This document shows, one piece after another, positions 51,314 to 61,753 of a DNA stretch of 64,000 nucleotides; within the stretch, counting starts at the first letter, position 1, and the number at the start of each line of letters is the position of its first letter. The position numbers were made by a program, and so were the translations under genes. The notes beneath the pieces are model-generated. The model saw only the letters and a list, made by a program, of their open reading frames with translations. It had not been told where the DNA came from and ran no database searches. The stretch lies in the NCBI GenBank assembly GCA_000091205.1, contig AP006494.2; one strand, 5' to 3'. Source of the stretch: Cyanidioschyzon merolae. Lineage: Eukaryota.

Positions 51314-52435
51314 TCATCCCCGAGATGGAGCCTCAGACTCTGTGTAGTTCAAGATGAGAATGCGAGCTGTCGCTGATCGCCACAGTTTGAACTGGCGGTA
51401 CAGAAAACGCACATCAACGGCGAGAAAAATGAGATAATGTGCGATGAGCGCCGTACGCAGCGCTACCAACGCGTTCGCTTCGACCACAGAGCGAACCGCA
51501 TGACTCCCGCGATACAACGCTCGCGATAAGGGTTCCAAGGCGGCAGTTTGCTTCACCAAATGCGCCAGTTCCTGACCCTGACGAAAAATGTGCCGCGAGA
51601 ACAGTCCAATGTAGATAATGTGGAGCCAATGAAGCCATCGACTGGCAATTGCTGGATCTTGGCGCTGTGCTTGGGTCAGCGCCTGCCAGCCCCGCAGAAT
51701 CCACACCATAAATGAGGGCGTCTGATTTTCCTGGTTTGCTGCCAGGTACTCCCAGTCTGCATTGTTTGCAGATGCCTGCAGAGAGGGAGCATCCCAGTCG
51801 GATGATGCCACGAACCAGTCGTCCTCGGCGGCATCATCGAGGTCGCTTCCGGCGCTCTTATCTCGGCGCAGCGGCCACTGAAACAGGAACTCATATGCCG
51901 GACGGAACTGTACCTGCGATGCGTACCGAAGGCCACAGATTTCACAACGCCAGCAGTTCGGGTCTGGCTGACGACGCAACCACTTTCGCAGGCACCCCTG
52001 GTGGACGTACTTGAGGGTTCCTGTGCACCGACACGGAGCTATGAGCGTCTTGGGATCACTCAAAGACTCCATATCGACTTGAGGACTGTTCTCAACGGTG
52101 CCGCGTACGTCGTCGAGCGCCTCCTTCTCGTAGGGCCGTAACTCGTCCTTGGTCTCGACCTCGCCGCAGGTAGCACCGAACCCCAGCTTGCGACGCAACC
52201 GACGCAGTTGGCGAACGAGCTTCAGAAGCAAACGCAAAGCACCACAGTGAACACGCCTGGTAAACTGGACGAAACCTCGAACGAGAATAAAGCTCCACGT
52301 CCTGAGAAGCTGCTGCTTCGTTTCCTCTGCTTTGCTCGCAAGGGGTGCAGCGTCGCCTCCGGGGAGGACCTGCTCCTCATGACAGATGCGACAGAAGCGC
52401 AAGTTCGTCGAGACTGCGCTCTCAACCCCCGCCAT
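51314..52435 (-). CDS. RING-CH (MARCH-type) zinc-finger membrane E3 ubiquitin ligase-like protein, 373 aa
   Basis: C4HC3 RING-CH signature: RFCRICHEE...(linker)...APCRCTGTLKYVHQGCLRKWLRRQPDPNCWRCEICG. Followed by Trp-rich hydrophobic segments (FMVWILRGWQALTQ..., IIYIGLFSRHIF, LIAHYLIFLAV) as in MARCH/Doa10-type ligases. Confidence 0.65.
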   Translation of the reverse strand: MAGVESAVSTNLRFCRICHEEQVLPGGDAAPLASKAEETKQQLLRTWSFILVRGFVQFTRRVHCGALRLLLKLVRQLRRLRRKLGFGATCGEVETKDELRPYEKEALDDVRGTVENSPQVDMESLSDPKTLIAPCRCTGTLKYVHQGCLRKWLRRQPDPNCWRCEICGLRYASQVQFRPAYEFLFQWPLRRDKSAGSDLDDAAEDDWFVASSDWDAPSLQASANNADWEYLAANQENQTPSFMVWILRGWQALTQAQRQDPAIASRWLHWLHIIYIGLFSRHIFRQGQELAHLVKQTAALEPLSRALYRGSHAVRSVVEANALVALRTALIAHYLIFLAVDVRFLYRQFKLWRSATARILILNYTESEAPSRG

Positions 52436-52813
52436 AAACTCCGAACCTAGTCCAGTATAGGCGCTATCCAGTTTCCTCGGGGAGCTCTGAACAAACAGTC
52501 TTCCACGGAATGGAGATGAAGAATTTGCCGGCGGTACGGATGCTGCGACGCTACCGCGATGGCCTCTGGCTGGCGCAGTGGCCGTAAACTGCTCTGCTGT
52601 GCTCTGCTCTGCATCTGGTTTGCGTTATCTTTGTATCATACTGGAGACAAGGAGCGCTTGTGGGCACCGTGAACACGTCTGAGAGACGGTGTTTTCATTG
52701 TGGGATAGCCCGAGCCGAACCGGGTACTATTTTGCGATCTCTTGGGAAACATCGCTTCAAACTTCTCATCTTTTAAAAGAGCAAGCTCGAAACAGTCCTT
52801 ATACTGAAACGCT

Positions 52814-55123
52814 TTGCGCACTCGACCTGGTTGTGGGGCAGTTGCCGAACTCAAGCGTTCTGTGGAGTTGAAGTCGCACTTCCGGGAGGAAACTGTTGCA
52901 TGCCTTGCACAGCTTCTGTTTCCTGGTAACGGACACGACGTTCGGCGTCAGCATCGTCAGAGTCGTTCGCGCTGCGCGTGCGCAACATCCGAAATGTCGT
53001 TCAGACCGGACCAGCTGAACCCAAACGACGAGTGGGTTCAGGCCCTGCAAGCACTGCTGCTTCGTAGTCACCGTGGCGTGGTTGTCCGCTTCCATGACGC
53101 TGACCAAGAGCAGCGTCGCTTGTTCGTGCACATCGAGTCCGGCAGGGCATGGCTCGCTGAAAACGCCGCTGCGGTCACCGGGGAACTAGACGCAACAGCA
53201 AACGAATCGGAAACCTTTCTGCGTGATCAGTTCCACCTGATATGCACTTCAGTTGCCGAAGAAGACTCCTTGGATTTACTCGTACATGTGCGAACCGCAG
53301 ACCATCTGGCGACGCTGGGTATCGCCTGCCAGCATGAAAACGCAACCCCGTTCGTGGTTGCACCGCCGCGACAGAAACTGGAGCAGTTCGCCGAGAACGC
53401 AGCGGTGCGGCTTCGGGTTCGTCGGGAGCAGAAGTCCCAGCCGCAAATCCTGTTTTCATTGACGAGTCTCGATGGGAGATACGCTCTCGCAAAGGCACCG
53501 TCGAAAGCAGATCCAACGCGGAGCAAAGGTTGCATTGGCCTCGAGCGCGTCTCGCTCGGCGGCGTCGTTATCGATGCTGCGGGCAGCCAAGCGCGCACAA
53601 GTGAAGCACGCTCGATGGCCCTGGGTTTTACCGTGAAAATGGACACGTATTGGATAGAGCGCGAGTGCTATCGCACGGTTTGGAAACGCTCCCAATTGGT
53701 GTGGCTCAGCAAGCATGCGGCGCACTGCCTCTCAGCTGACGCCGCAAAGACAAGCTGGGTGGACGTCGCACCGGCCCAAGTTGCCTGGATACGCGTTGCG
53801 GTAATGCTGCGGTACTGGCCTCAGCGGGTGCCGATCATGCTCCGCAATGGAGCCGTTGGAGGAAAGCCACTCGAGGGCGCCTGGTATGGCGTCGGCACGA
53901 ACCATTCATTAAGCCTCTGGCTGGACGCGAGTCCCGTAGTTTGCCTCAGAGACGAGTCGAGCGCATCGAAACCTCACTCGTGCTGGCAGGTTGGCGTCGG
54001 TCACGAAACAGTGTCCGCACCCGCCGTTTTTCGCATCGTATGGCGAGAGCGTCAGCAACGAGGATCGTGCTTTTTCGAACTTTGTTGCGTATCCGATGGA
54101 GCGCGCCCTGCAAACGACGGCATCGCATTGTACTTGGGAATCGACAAGCGCACCAAGCGGCTAGTGCTGAAACATCGTCCCCGGCAATGGGAAGCTTTTG
54201 AACTAGATACCGTCCAACGCGAGGAGCCGCAAGCAGGATCTGATGCGGATACCACGATAACACCAGGCGCTGCACCAGCATCTGGCGCTCGAGGCCTCGA
54301 GGAGGCATACTTTGCCGGCGCGCGACGCACGCTGCAGCGCGAGCGCACGCAGCACGCATCGTCTCCCGCGGATGCCGTGCAACGGCGGGAAAAGGCGCGC
54401 ACGCTGGCGCAGCGGCGCGCGCGCATTATGGACAGCGTTGCGCAGGCGCTCGCAGCGCGCGAAGCAGCGCGTTCAGTCGCTGCGCCCGCAGATCATACCG
54501 CAGCTGGCGCTCGCCGCAGAGGCGTCGTAGCCGATGATCGTTCCGCTGCAGCAGCGCCAGCGATGCCATCCGAGGAAACGAGCATCGAGGCACCGCATGA
54601 ATCAGGTGCGCAGCCTCAAACAGTGCAGGGCGCTATGTCATCGGGTCCAGCTCCATCACAGGTACGTTGTGCAGCGTGCCACGGGGCCATTGTTGGGCAG
54701 TACGTGCGCGCCTTATCGCAGAGCTATCATCCAGGATGCTTCGCGTGCAGCATCTGTCGACGGGCGTTGGCGCCAGAAACCAAATTCCGTACCAGCATCG
54801 GTAATCCGCTGTGTGAGGCATGCTACGCGGAGCATGTTGCTCCGCGCTGTGCCCGTTGCAAGGCACCGATTACCGATGTCGTGGTGACTGCCCTGGAACG
54901 CAAATGGCATCGCGGCTGTTTGTGGTGTGTGCGCTGCGGGCAACCGCTGTGTCACGAAGGCTCATCTGGCTCCAATACCTTCTACTTGTATCCCGGGCAA
55001 CCGGATCAGCCGCACTGCGAGTCATGTGTCCGCGGGAAAGATCGCGAACAGAGCGGTCGTCGCACGTTGCCGAGCCTTGGAGGCGGCATGCCCTCCGGTA
55101 CGGGCAGCTTCCGACTTGGCTGA
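52814..55123 (+). CDS. LIM-domain protein (C-terminal tandem LIM zinc fingers), up to 769 aa
   Basis: C-terminal CAACHGAIVGQYVRALSQSYHPGCFACSICRRALAPETKFRTSIGNPLCEACY and CARCKAPITDVVVTALERKWHRGCLWCVRCGQPLCHEG...HCESC match LIM consensus C-x2-C-x16-23-H-x2-C-x2-C-x2-C-x16-21-C-x2-(C/H/D). The N-terminal 600 aa is unrecognised; the true start is possibly the internal Met near 52994. Confidence 0.6.
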   Translation: MRTRPGCGAVAELKRSVELKSHFREETVACLAQLLFPGNGHDVRRQHRQSRSRCACATSEMSFRPDQLNPNDEWVQALQALLLRSHRGVVVRFHDADQEQRRLFVHIESGRAWLAENAAAVTGELDATANESETFLRDQFHLICTSVAEEDSLDLLVHVRTADHLATLGIACQHENATPFVVAPPRQKLEQFAENAAVRLRVRREQKSQPQILFSLTSLDGRYALAKAPSKADPTRSKGCIGLERVSLGGVVIDAAGSQARTSEARSMALGFTVKMDTYWIERECYRTVWKRSQLVWLSKHAAHCLSADAAKTSWVDVAPAQVAWIRVAVMLRYWPQRVPIMLRNGAVGGKPLEGAWYGVGTNHSLSLWLDASPVVCLRDESSASKPHSCWQVGVGHETVSAPAVFRIVWRERQQRGSCFFELCCVSDGARPANDGIALYLGIDKRTKRLVLKHRPRQWEAFELDTVQREEPQAGSDADTTITPGAAPASGARGLEEAYFAGARRTLQRERTQHASSPADAVQRREKARTLAQRRARIMDSVAQALAAREAARSVAAPADHTAAGARRRGVVADDRSAAAAPAMPSEETSIEAPHESGAQPQTVQGAMSSGPAPSQVRCAACHGAIVGQYVRALSQSYHPGCFACSICRRALAPETKFRTSIGNPLCEACYAEHVAPRCARCKAPITDVVVTALERKWHRGCLWCVRCGQPLCHEGSSGSNTFYLYPGQPDQPHCESCVRGKDREQSGRRTLPSLGGGMPSGTGSFRLG

Positions 55124-56188
55124 GAGCGCTTGCGGCCGTATGCTTTCTGTAGACGAGAGCACGTCGGCGGATCGTAGAGATCGGTTCCTGCCGAAAACCC
55201 GGTTTATGTGCAAGCCTGTACGAGGAAAAGTAGTTTGCGCAGCGGCGGCTTTGCTACTTGCGCAGCCTCTGCGTACGGTGCGCGCCCCCCGCAGGCTTTG
55301 ATGGCGGAGACCGGGCGATGACCGGGCCGCTCAGGGACCACCGCCCGCCCGCCCGCCCGTGCAAGGGAGCACCTGTTCTGTCCCGTGTCCACTGGTGCTG
55401 TGCAGAGAACACCCCATCACTGGATGCCTTCACGACGGTACTCACAACCTTTCCCGCATAGATTGTACATACAGGGTTGGCCACGTCCCGAGTCCCGCAT
55501 CGGGTGGCGGTTACTCTGCAGGGCGATGTGCATCGATGCGGTGCTTCCAGTTTGGAAATCCTTCGCGCGTCTCCATAGGCACCATTGTTGGCGGAGTGAG
55601 GCGGGCGCGGGTCGTGTCCCAACACAACACGCATCACCAGCCGTAGCTGCTGACAGTTAGCGGAAAGCAGTGCGCGATCACTGGTGCCCAGCGCATGCAA
55701 CAGAGCGTACCGGAGATGGCAAAGCAACGAGGTTCAGGTCAGCGGATCGAGACTCGCGCGTCGAACGAAGCAGCAGTATAACGGGAACGCGCGCGGCTGC
55801 TCATGAACAGCGAAGATGGCGACGTCACTCACGCAAATGTTCGGAGCCGCAAGCAGGACAGCACTGCCTGGCACAGCGTTGTCGTGGTCAGTGCGATGCT
55901 GCACCCTCGCGAATGACAACGGTGATGTTGCCGGTACTTGCGACTAGTCCAATACCCGCCGCATCGATAGAAACTAGTGCCTTGTGCCGGCATCAGACAA
56001 GCCCGCAGTGCTTCCGGAAGCGTGTCCGCTGCTTCTGCTCAGACGCTGCGGAATCTACTGTTATCATCCGAGGTGGTTTTGGAATCATTCTGTTCCCCGG
56101 TGTTAGTCTCGAGGTTTCGCAGCGTTCACGAGCCTATTCTCGTTTTGAGCCGGAGTAAAGCAGAGCGGACTGGTTTCCTGCGAATAAG

Positions 56189-57109
56189 TCATGATTTTCT
56201 GCGACTCCGATGACGTGTCCCCCCGAGCCCAGCGGCTCGTGCCAGCGCTTTCGCTCTCCGTTCTCGCTCTTTCTGTTTGGCTCTCAGGCCGCAAAGAATC
56301 TTCCGAGGGATCATCGGTCCACGATACGCAAACCAATCGATTCGTTTACGGCTGTGACGGCCATGCTTCACCAGTTCACCAATGTCTTTTCGAGTCTCAG
56401 CGAGCAGCTCGGCGATAGAGTCGTAGGTTCGTGCGGTCTCCTGCCGAGACGCAGCGCGGTGCGTTCCAGCGCGCGCTGCTCGCCGCCCAGGTACTCCATA
56501 TGACTCTTGCTCGCATTTTATCGTTTGACTGGTGCTCCAAATGCTGATTTCAGGTGAACACTTTGGCGAGCTCGCGGATCTGTCCTTGGCGGCGCGTTTG
56601 TCGAATCTTCCCTGCGTGGAAAGCGCTCCGCGATTACAAACCGCTGGCTTGGGCAGCCCCGCTCGAGTGTGTTTGTCGGACCCTAGACCCATTGCCGTAG
56701 CGTTCCCTGATGGTGAACTCGAGTGCTTTGGTTCGCGTCCAGTGCGCGCGTGCGGTTGCAGCTCGTTGGCCCTGGTGGGGCTTCCGACGGTTGCTTTCGT
56801 ACGAAGGCGTTTAGCTTCACGCTGAGGTGCTTCCGCGACCACCAGACTTTCAAGCTGATCGCTGTGTCTCCAGTCATCGAGACGAGCAGCGACTGCATCC
56901 TCGATGTCAAACGCCATGGAAACTCGCTGTCCCTTGCAGAAGAGAGCAACGTCGACTCTGGGCAATGTGGAACGCACCGGCGCGGGGGTCACGCTGCCGC
57001 TGGGTCGATGCCAACGGCAGCAGCGGGCGGAATGCCGGTGTTGGACGCAGTTGGAGCAGCGGGATCCGCGACCGTGGGTTACCTGGATTGACCAACGCTG
57101 TATTATCAA
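56189..57109 (-). CDS. Hypothetical basic protein, 306 aa
   Basis: Longest ORF in an otherwise unannotated 3-kb stretch, with host-like codon usage. Overlapping opposite-strand ORFs exist, so the call is weak. Confidence 0.25.
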   Translation of the reverse strand: MIIQRWSIQVTHGRGSRCSNCVQHRHSARCCRWHRPSGSVTPAPVRSTLPRVDVALFCKGQRVSMAFDIEDAVAARLDDWRHSDQLESLVVAEAPQREAKRLRTKATVGSPTRANELQPHARTGREPKHSSSPSGNATAMGLGSDKHTRAGLPKPAVCNRGALSTQGRFDKRAAKDRSASSPKCSPEISIWSTSQTIKCEQESYGVPGRRAARAGTHRAASRQETARTYDSIAELLAETRKDIGELVKHGRHSRKRIDWFAYRGPMIPRKILCGLRAKQKERERRAKALARAAGLGGTRHRSRRKS

Positions 57110-58553
57110 GAAAACAAGCTGCCCTGGGGCCTGCGGAACCTAGATGCGTCAGCGGCGGTGCTAGAGCTCGTTTGCTGGTTACTAGCAGGAGTTGCGCCCC
57201 TTTGCGGGGGTCTGGTAGGATGCAGCGGTACAACTCATGAAATTGGCTACAGGCATGAGCTTGCCCAAAGGCAACACCCTCGATCAGCTAGGAACATTAG
57301 GTTGGGATTGTCAGGAACTATGACGACCCAGTAACTGTTCGGGTATACAGAGCACGGTTTCCAGCGACGGCAGCCGTGCTGGGAATCGCGCACTGAGCGT
57401 GGGAAAGCTTCAGCGCTCGCTTTGAGGCGGCGCCACTTGCGTGAAGGGCGCGTCGCTCTCGCACATATCTGTATCCGATCAAATACGCAGAGCAAACTTT
57501 TCTCTCGCGACTTTCAGAGAAAGACAAGCCGTGCAGCGAGCAAGTGCTTGCACTGGGTCCTGCTGTGGCGTTGGATCCATACTGGGTCTTGTGCTGCTCA
57601 GAAAAGCCGTGAGGAAAGGGAACAGCGCCGTTCGCGATAGACGACCTGCACGAAGAACGCCGGAGACTCGAGACCTCCGTTGAACGACCGAAGTGGATGG
57701 GAGGCATTCACCAAAAGAGTTCTTCGAGAGTCGTCTACTTGCGGACCTGCATAGACGCACAGTGCCCACTGTGAAGCTCAGCGTCTTGTCCATGCGCCAT
57801 GCAAGTTGTTCATGTGGGGGCGCTTGAAACCCATAAAAGTACAGCTTTCAAGCGGTTGGGTCGGTTCTGCAACTTTCGATGGTTATGGTCCTGCAATATC
57901 GCTGAATCGAGTCCAGTACCCGAATGCCAACCGACATGTGAAAATAGAGAGAATACGCGAGTCATCGCGGTAGCAGAGTGCATAGACCACGGATCTCCTG
58001 GGTCATGATCATGAGACCCTACACCTAGTTCATTGGGTCGCAAAGTTCCAGCGGATGCGTCCAGCTAACCGCGCCCGCAAAGTCAACCACGCTGTACTCG
58101 CCTAGCCGCGAACCCTTCATGAAAGCTCTCGTTGTCTATTCGCTTTGAATGAGGGCGTGCTGCTTCAAACAGTATCCGGTTTCTCTACGAGTCGGTCACT
58201 TGACCGAATCACTGAACGTGTGCTATGCTCAGGCCGCTGTGTCCGCTCTTGGACACTATGCAGGATGCAGCGTACTTGTGAGTATGTGTTCATAGGAGCG
58301 ATAAACATTTCACAACCATGGGGTGTACATCTACATCCACTCTCAGACGCCTCCCAGGCTTTATTGAGCGGCGGCCTGCAAGCGGTCCCAGTGTACCCCG
58401 GCACACACTCCGCGCCTGAGAGGCTATCCGACAATGTTGGCGAGCATCAGCGTCGCGGGTCTGGTCTTCAGCATCACACGTTTTCTGAGCTCGATGCCGG
58501 CGTTGTAGTCTCGGTTCAAGAACTCATTTGCTTATTGCATCAGGTGGAACATG

Positions 58554-59027
58554 TCAATGCAAGGGTTCCTCGAACTCGTCCTCTCTGTGCCTCAATAGTC
58601 TCGTCATCGTTCCGTATGGCAGACGCGTTTTCTCGACCAATTGCCCGATTCTCCTTGTTCTTCGCAACTTGCTCTTCTTCTCTCGATGGTAGACGAGAAG
58701 CAGAGATTTTCGTTGTTTTTCGGCAGCTGGCGGCACCAGGTGTCCATGATCCTCGACTTGAATGTCCACACACATTCCTCTTGGATTTTTTATTTCCTTA
58801 AATAAAGGCACCTCTTTATGACCGTAGGTAGCGACCTTCCCGGACAGGGAAGAACTTGCGCAAGCACCACGAAATGTGCCCCAGTGCCACCATGTACTAT
58901 ACGCTTCAGCGATTCGCCCACTGGGGCACTCGTTCCGTTTCCCGATGAAGAACACTCCTTCAATGAGATTGAGCCACGGGGCGTACAGAGTACTGAAATG
59001 CAGCTCTAGCCCCGATACAACCCGCAA
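58554..59027 (-). mobile_element. Degenerate DDE-transposase fragment with a Tc1/mariner/IS630-like Y-[SA]-P-x-L-N-x-I-E signature
   Basis: The minus-strand ORF begins ...LHFSTLYAPWLNLIEGVFFIGKRNE, resembling the Tc1/mariner/IS630 C-terminal catalytic motif LPPYSPDLNPIEHLW with the Asp replaced by Trp. The reading frame upstream is broken by stops, and the local region (58400-59700) is lower GC. Confidence 0.3.
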
Positions 59028-60316
59028 AACCTCGAACGAAACGTGAATGGCGAAATGCCATGCTGATCAATACAAGGACGTTGCCATACATCAGGGAAAA
59101 GTCTTCAGCGATTCGACAAAGTGCTTGGTGCTGTTGTATGAGGCTTCCCTACAAGCCAAACTGAGGCCGCAGACTGAACCCACTGCAGTTCGAAAAGAAG
59201 ACGCCGTCGTTGTCTTCGAGTTCAATCGGACCTACAACGAACGCCCGCTTCGCAAATACCCACGTGGGATACGACCGCATCATCCGATGAATGCCTCATC
59301 GTCTGGAGAAAGAAACCGACGACCCCGTGCTTCACACCGATAACGGCCTTCTAGGAATGAAGTGCTTGCAATTTCAGGGGAAGATGGCCGTGTGTGAAAC
59401 TGGATTCTTTTTTATGATTGTAGCCCAGTGGTTTGGGGACCACACGAACGAGCTGCTGAGAAACAGAGACACCTGTTGTGGCTGCTATGGTCTCTTTTGC
59501 CGTAGGTAATGTGCTGAACGTGTTGTTTTCAACCCTGGGCCGCTGACAGTCTTGGAGAATAGCAGTTTTTGAATCGCATACTGCATATACTTGTTTCTTT
59601 CGGTGGTCCTCAACCATCTGAGTACTGTGACACGACTGACCTGGAGTAGGAATACAGTCCCGCTTGCACTGTTCAGGAAATAAAATATATCCTGCATTCA
59701 TAATGTCGACAATCTATAGGCAACATTGCATAGTCATGTCGTTTTCCTTCTACTCATCGAAGCTGCGGTGGTGGAACAGAATTGAGTCTACAGACAAGCA
59801 GCGGCTACATCTGTTGCTGGAAGCGTACCCGAACGGCCTTCGGCGGCGACTGCCTTCGGCCAACGACGACGCCCTGGGGTTTTCCAAGTCTTGGACTTGT
59901 TAGCGCTTCGCGCTGCTACGGAAACGACGACTTCTGTGGTACTCGAAGCGCAGGACTGGCTGCTTGGTTTTCATACGAAGGTTCTCGCGAGGCCTCCAGA
60001 ACTCCAGCGATAGGTTGACGCTCGCGTCACTCTTTGCGTGTTCGTTTGAGGCAGCACCTGCGGACAGTGCTTTTGCGTTCAAACCCGTACTACACGTCGC
60101 ATTTGTAGCTCTCTAAAACACTCTTCTATTTACAATAGACGAAAATTCCGTGCTTAGAAGTTTAAGCATTCCTCGCCTCGCGTCGTGCCCGGACACTCTT
60201 CCGTGCAGCGAAGGAAGAGAACGTGGTCGGACCACAGAGCAGCGCTCGTACGGATAGCGCTCGGGAATCTCATTTTGACTGTTCGACTAGAGCATCTTTG
60301 TTCAAAGGCACTATCT

Positions 60317-61753
60317 ATGGCAGCGTCTCAAGTTGCGGAGCGTGTGCAGGAGCTGCACCTCGACGACAACGGCAGAGGACCAGGATCCGAGTCACCAGAA
60401 CGGGTCCGAAACTTGAACATTGTGTTCATCGGACACGTAGACGCCGGCAAGTCGACACTGTGCGGCCACCTGCTCTACCTGACTGGCAACCTCGACGAGC
60501 GCACGTTGGAGAAATACGAAAAGGAGGCGAAGAGCAAAGGTCGCGAGTCATGGAAGTTCGCTTGGGCGCTCGATCTCACCGAACAGGAACGAAGCAAGGG
60601 AAAAACCACGGATTATGGCGTAGCTTCATTCCGAACCGCAACGAAACATATCACGATTATTGATGCGCCTGGCCACAAGGCCTATGTGCCGGCGATGATC
60701 TCAGGCACCGGACAAGCTGATGTGGCTATACTGGTGATTTCGGCCCGCAAGGGAGAGTTCGAGGCCGGCTTCGAACGAGGCGGACAGACCCGCGAGCACG
60801 CTATGCTCGCAAAAACGGCTGGTGTGCGACAACTCATCGTCGTCATCAACAAGATGGATGAACCTACCGTGCAGTGGAGCGAGGAGCGCTTTCGGGAGAT
60901 CTGCGACAAACTGGCACCCTTCCTGAAGCAGATTGGATATCGGCCGCAGGAGGTCAGCTGGGTACCTGTCAGTGGCTTCACAGGTGAGAATTTGCGCGAA
61001 CCGGTTCATCCAAGCACGTGTGCATGGTACAAAGGCGGATCGCTGCTCCAAGTGCTCGATGCACTGAAACTACCACCGCGGCCGCTGGATATGCCGGTGC
61101 GCATGACTGTCGTGGACAGATTTCGAGATATGGGCGTTTGTATCCTAGGCCGAGTCGAAGCCGGTACGATTCGCAGCGGTGATCGGCTACTGCTCATGCC
61201 ACCGCGACTTGTCGTGCATGTCACGAGCATCACAATGGATGCCGAGGAGGTGCCGCTCGCTGAGCCCGGAGACAACGTCAAGCTGCTTGTGAAAGGCGTC
61301 GAGGAAGACGATATTCATTCGGGTCAGGTGCTCTGTGCAGAGAACGATCCCGTTGAAGCGACAACGACCTTCGATGGCCAAGTGATGCTGGTCGAGCACA
61401 AGTCCATTCTGACTGCGGGGTACCGCTGTATTGCGCATATTCAAGCAGCGGCCGTTGAGGTTGTTTTCGAGCGTCTCCTCGCTGAGGTTGATCGCCGCAC
61501 AAACCAGATCGTCAAGAAACATCCCAAGTTTGTGCGACCCGGAAGTACCTTTATTGCGCGGTTAAGCGTCGCGCAGCCGGTCTGCGTTACCGCGTTCAAA
61601 GAGTTTGCGCCTCTGGGTCGTTTCATGCTGCGGGATGAGGGCACCACCATAGGAGCCGGGGTGGTGCTACGCATTCCCAGTCAACGAGCGAAATCGGAAA
61701 CAAATGCCGTTGTTTACCCTGATACGAACAAAACCGGAGCCGATGGACCCTAA
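60317..61753 (+). CDS. eRF3/HBS1-family translational GTPase (EF1A-like), about 478 aa from ATG 60317; ORF opens at 60185
   Basis: G domain NIVFIGHVDAGKSTLCGHLLYLTG...DAPGH...ARKGEFEAGFERGGQTREHAMLAKTAGVRQLIVVINKMDEPTVQWSEERF is nearly collinear with eRF3/GSPT1, with some HBS1-like positions (FKFAWALD). Domains II and III are present. There are only about 30 residues N-terminal to the G domain. Confidence 0.85.
   Translation: MAASQVAERVQELHLDDNGRGPGSESPERVRNLNIVFIGHVDAGKSTLCGHLLYLTGNLDERTLEKYEKEAKSKGRESWKFAWALDLTEQERSKGKTTDYGVASFRTATKHITIIDAPGHKAYVPAMISGTGQADVAILVISARKGEFEAGFERGGQTREHAMLAKTAGVRQLIVVINKMDEPTVQWSEERFREICDKLAPFLKQIGYRPQEVSWVPVSGFTGENLREPVHPSTCAWYKGGSLLQVLDALKLPPRPLDMPVRMTVVDRFRDMGVCILGRVEAGTIRSGDRLLLMPPRLVVHVTSITMDAEEVPLAEPGDNVKLLVKGVEEDDIHSGQVLCAENDPVEATTTFDGQVMLVEHKSILTAGYRCIAHIQAAAVEVVFERLLAEVDRRTNQIVKKHPKFVRPGSTFIARLSVAQPVCVTAFKEFAPLGRFMLRDEGTTIGAGVVLRIPSQRAKSETNAVVYPDTNKTGADGP

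Noticed and set aside
58554-59027. ATG start of the transposase-fragment ORF
   Set aside because: The first codon on the minus strand is TTG (plus-strand CAA at 59025-59027), so the six-frame track evidently allows alternative starts. This reinforces that the ORF is a fragment rather than a complete gene.
59351-59701. Peptide ILQDCQRP...TAKET on the minus strand as a possible second catalytic Asp region (QDNAPxH-like) of the same Tc1/mariner transposase
   Set aside because: It lies about 190 codons from the Y-A-P-W-L-N-L-I-E motif, whereas DD34E/D elements have 34-41 residues between these positions. The similarity is likely coincidental.
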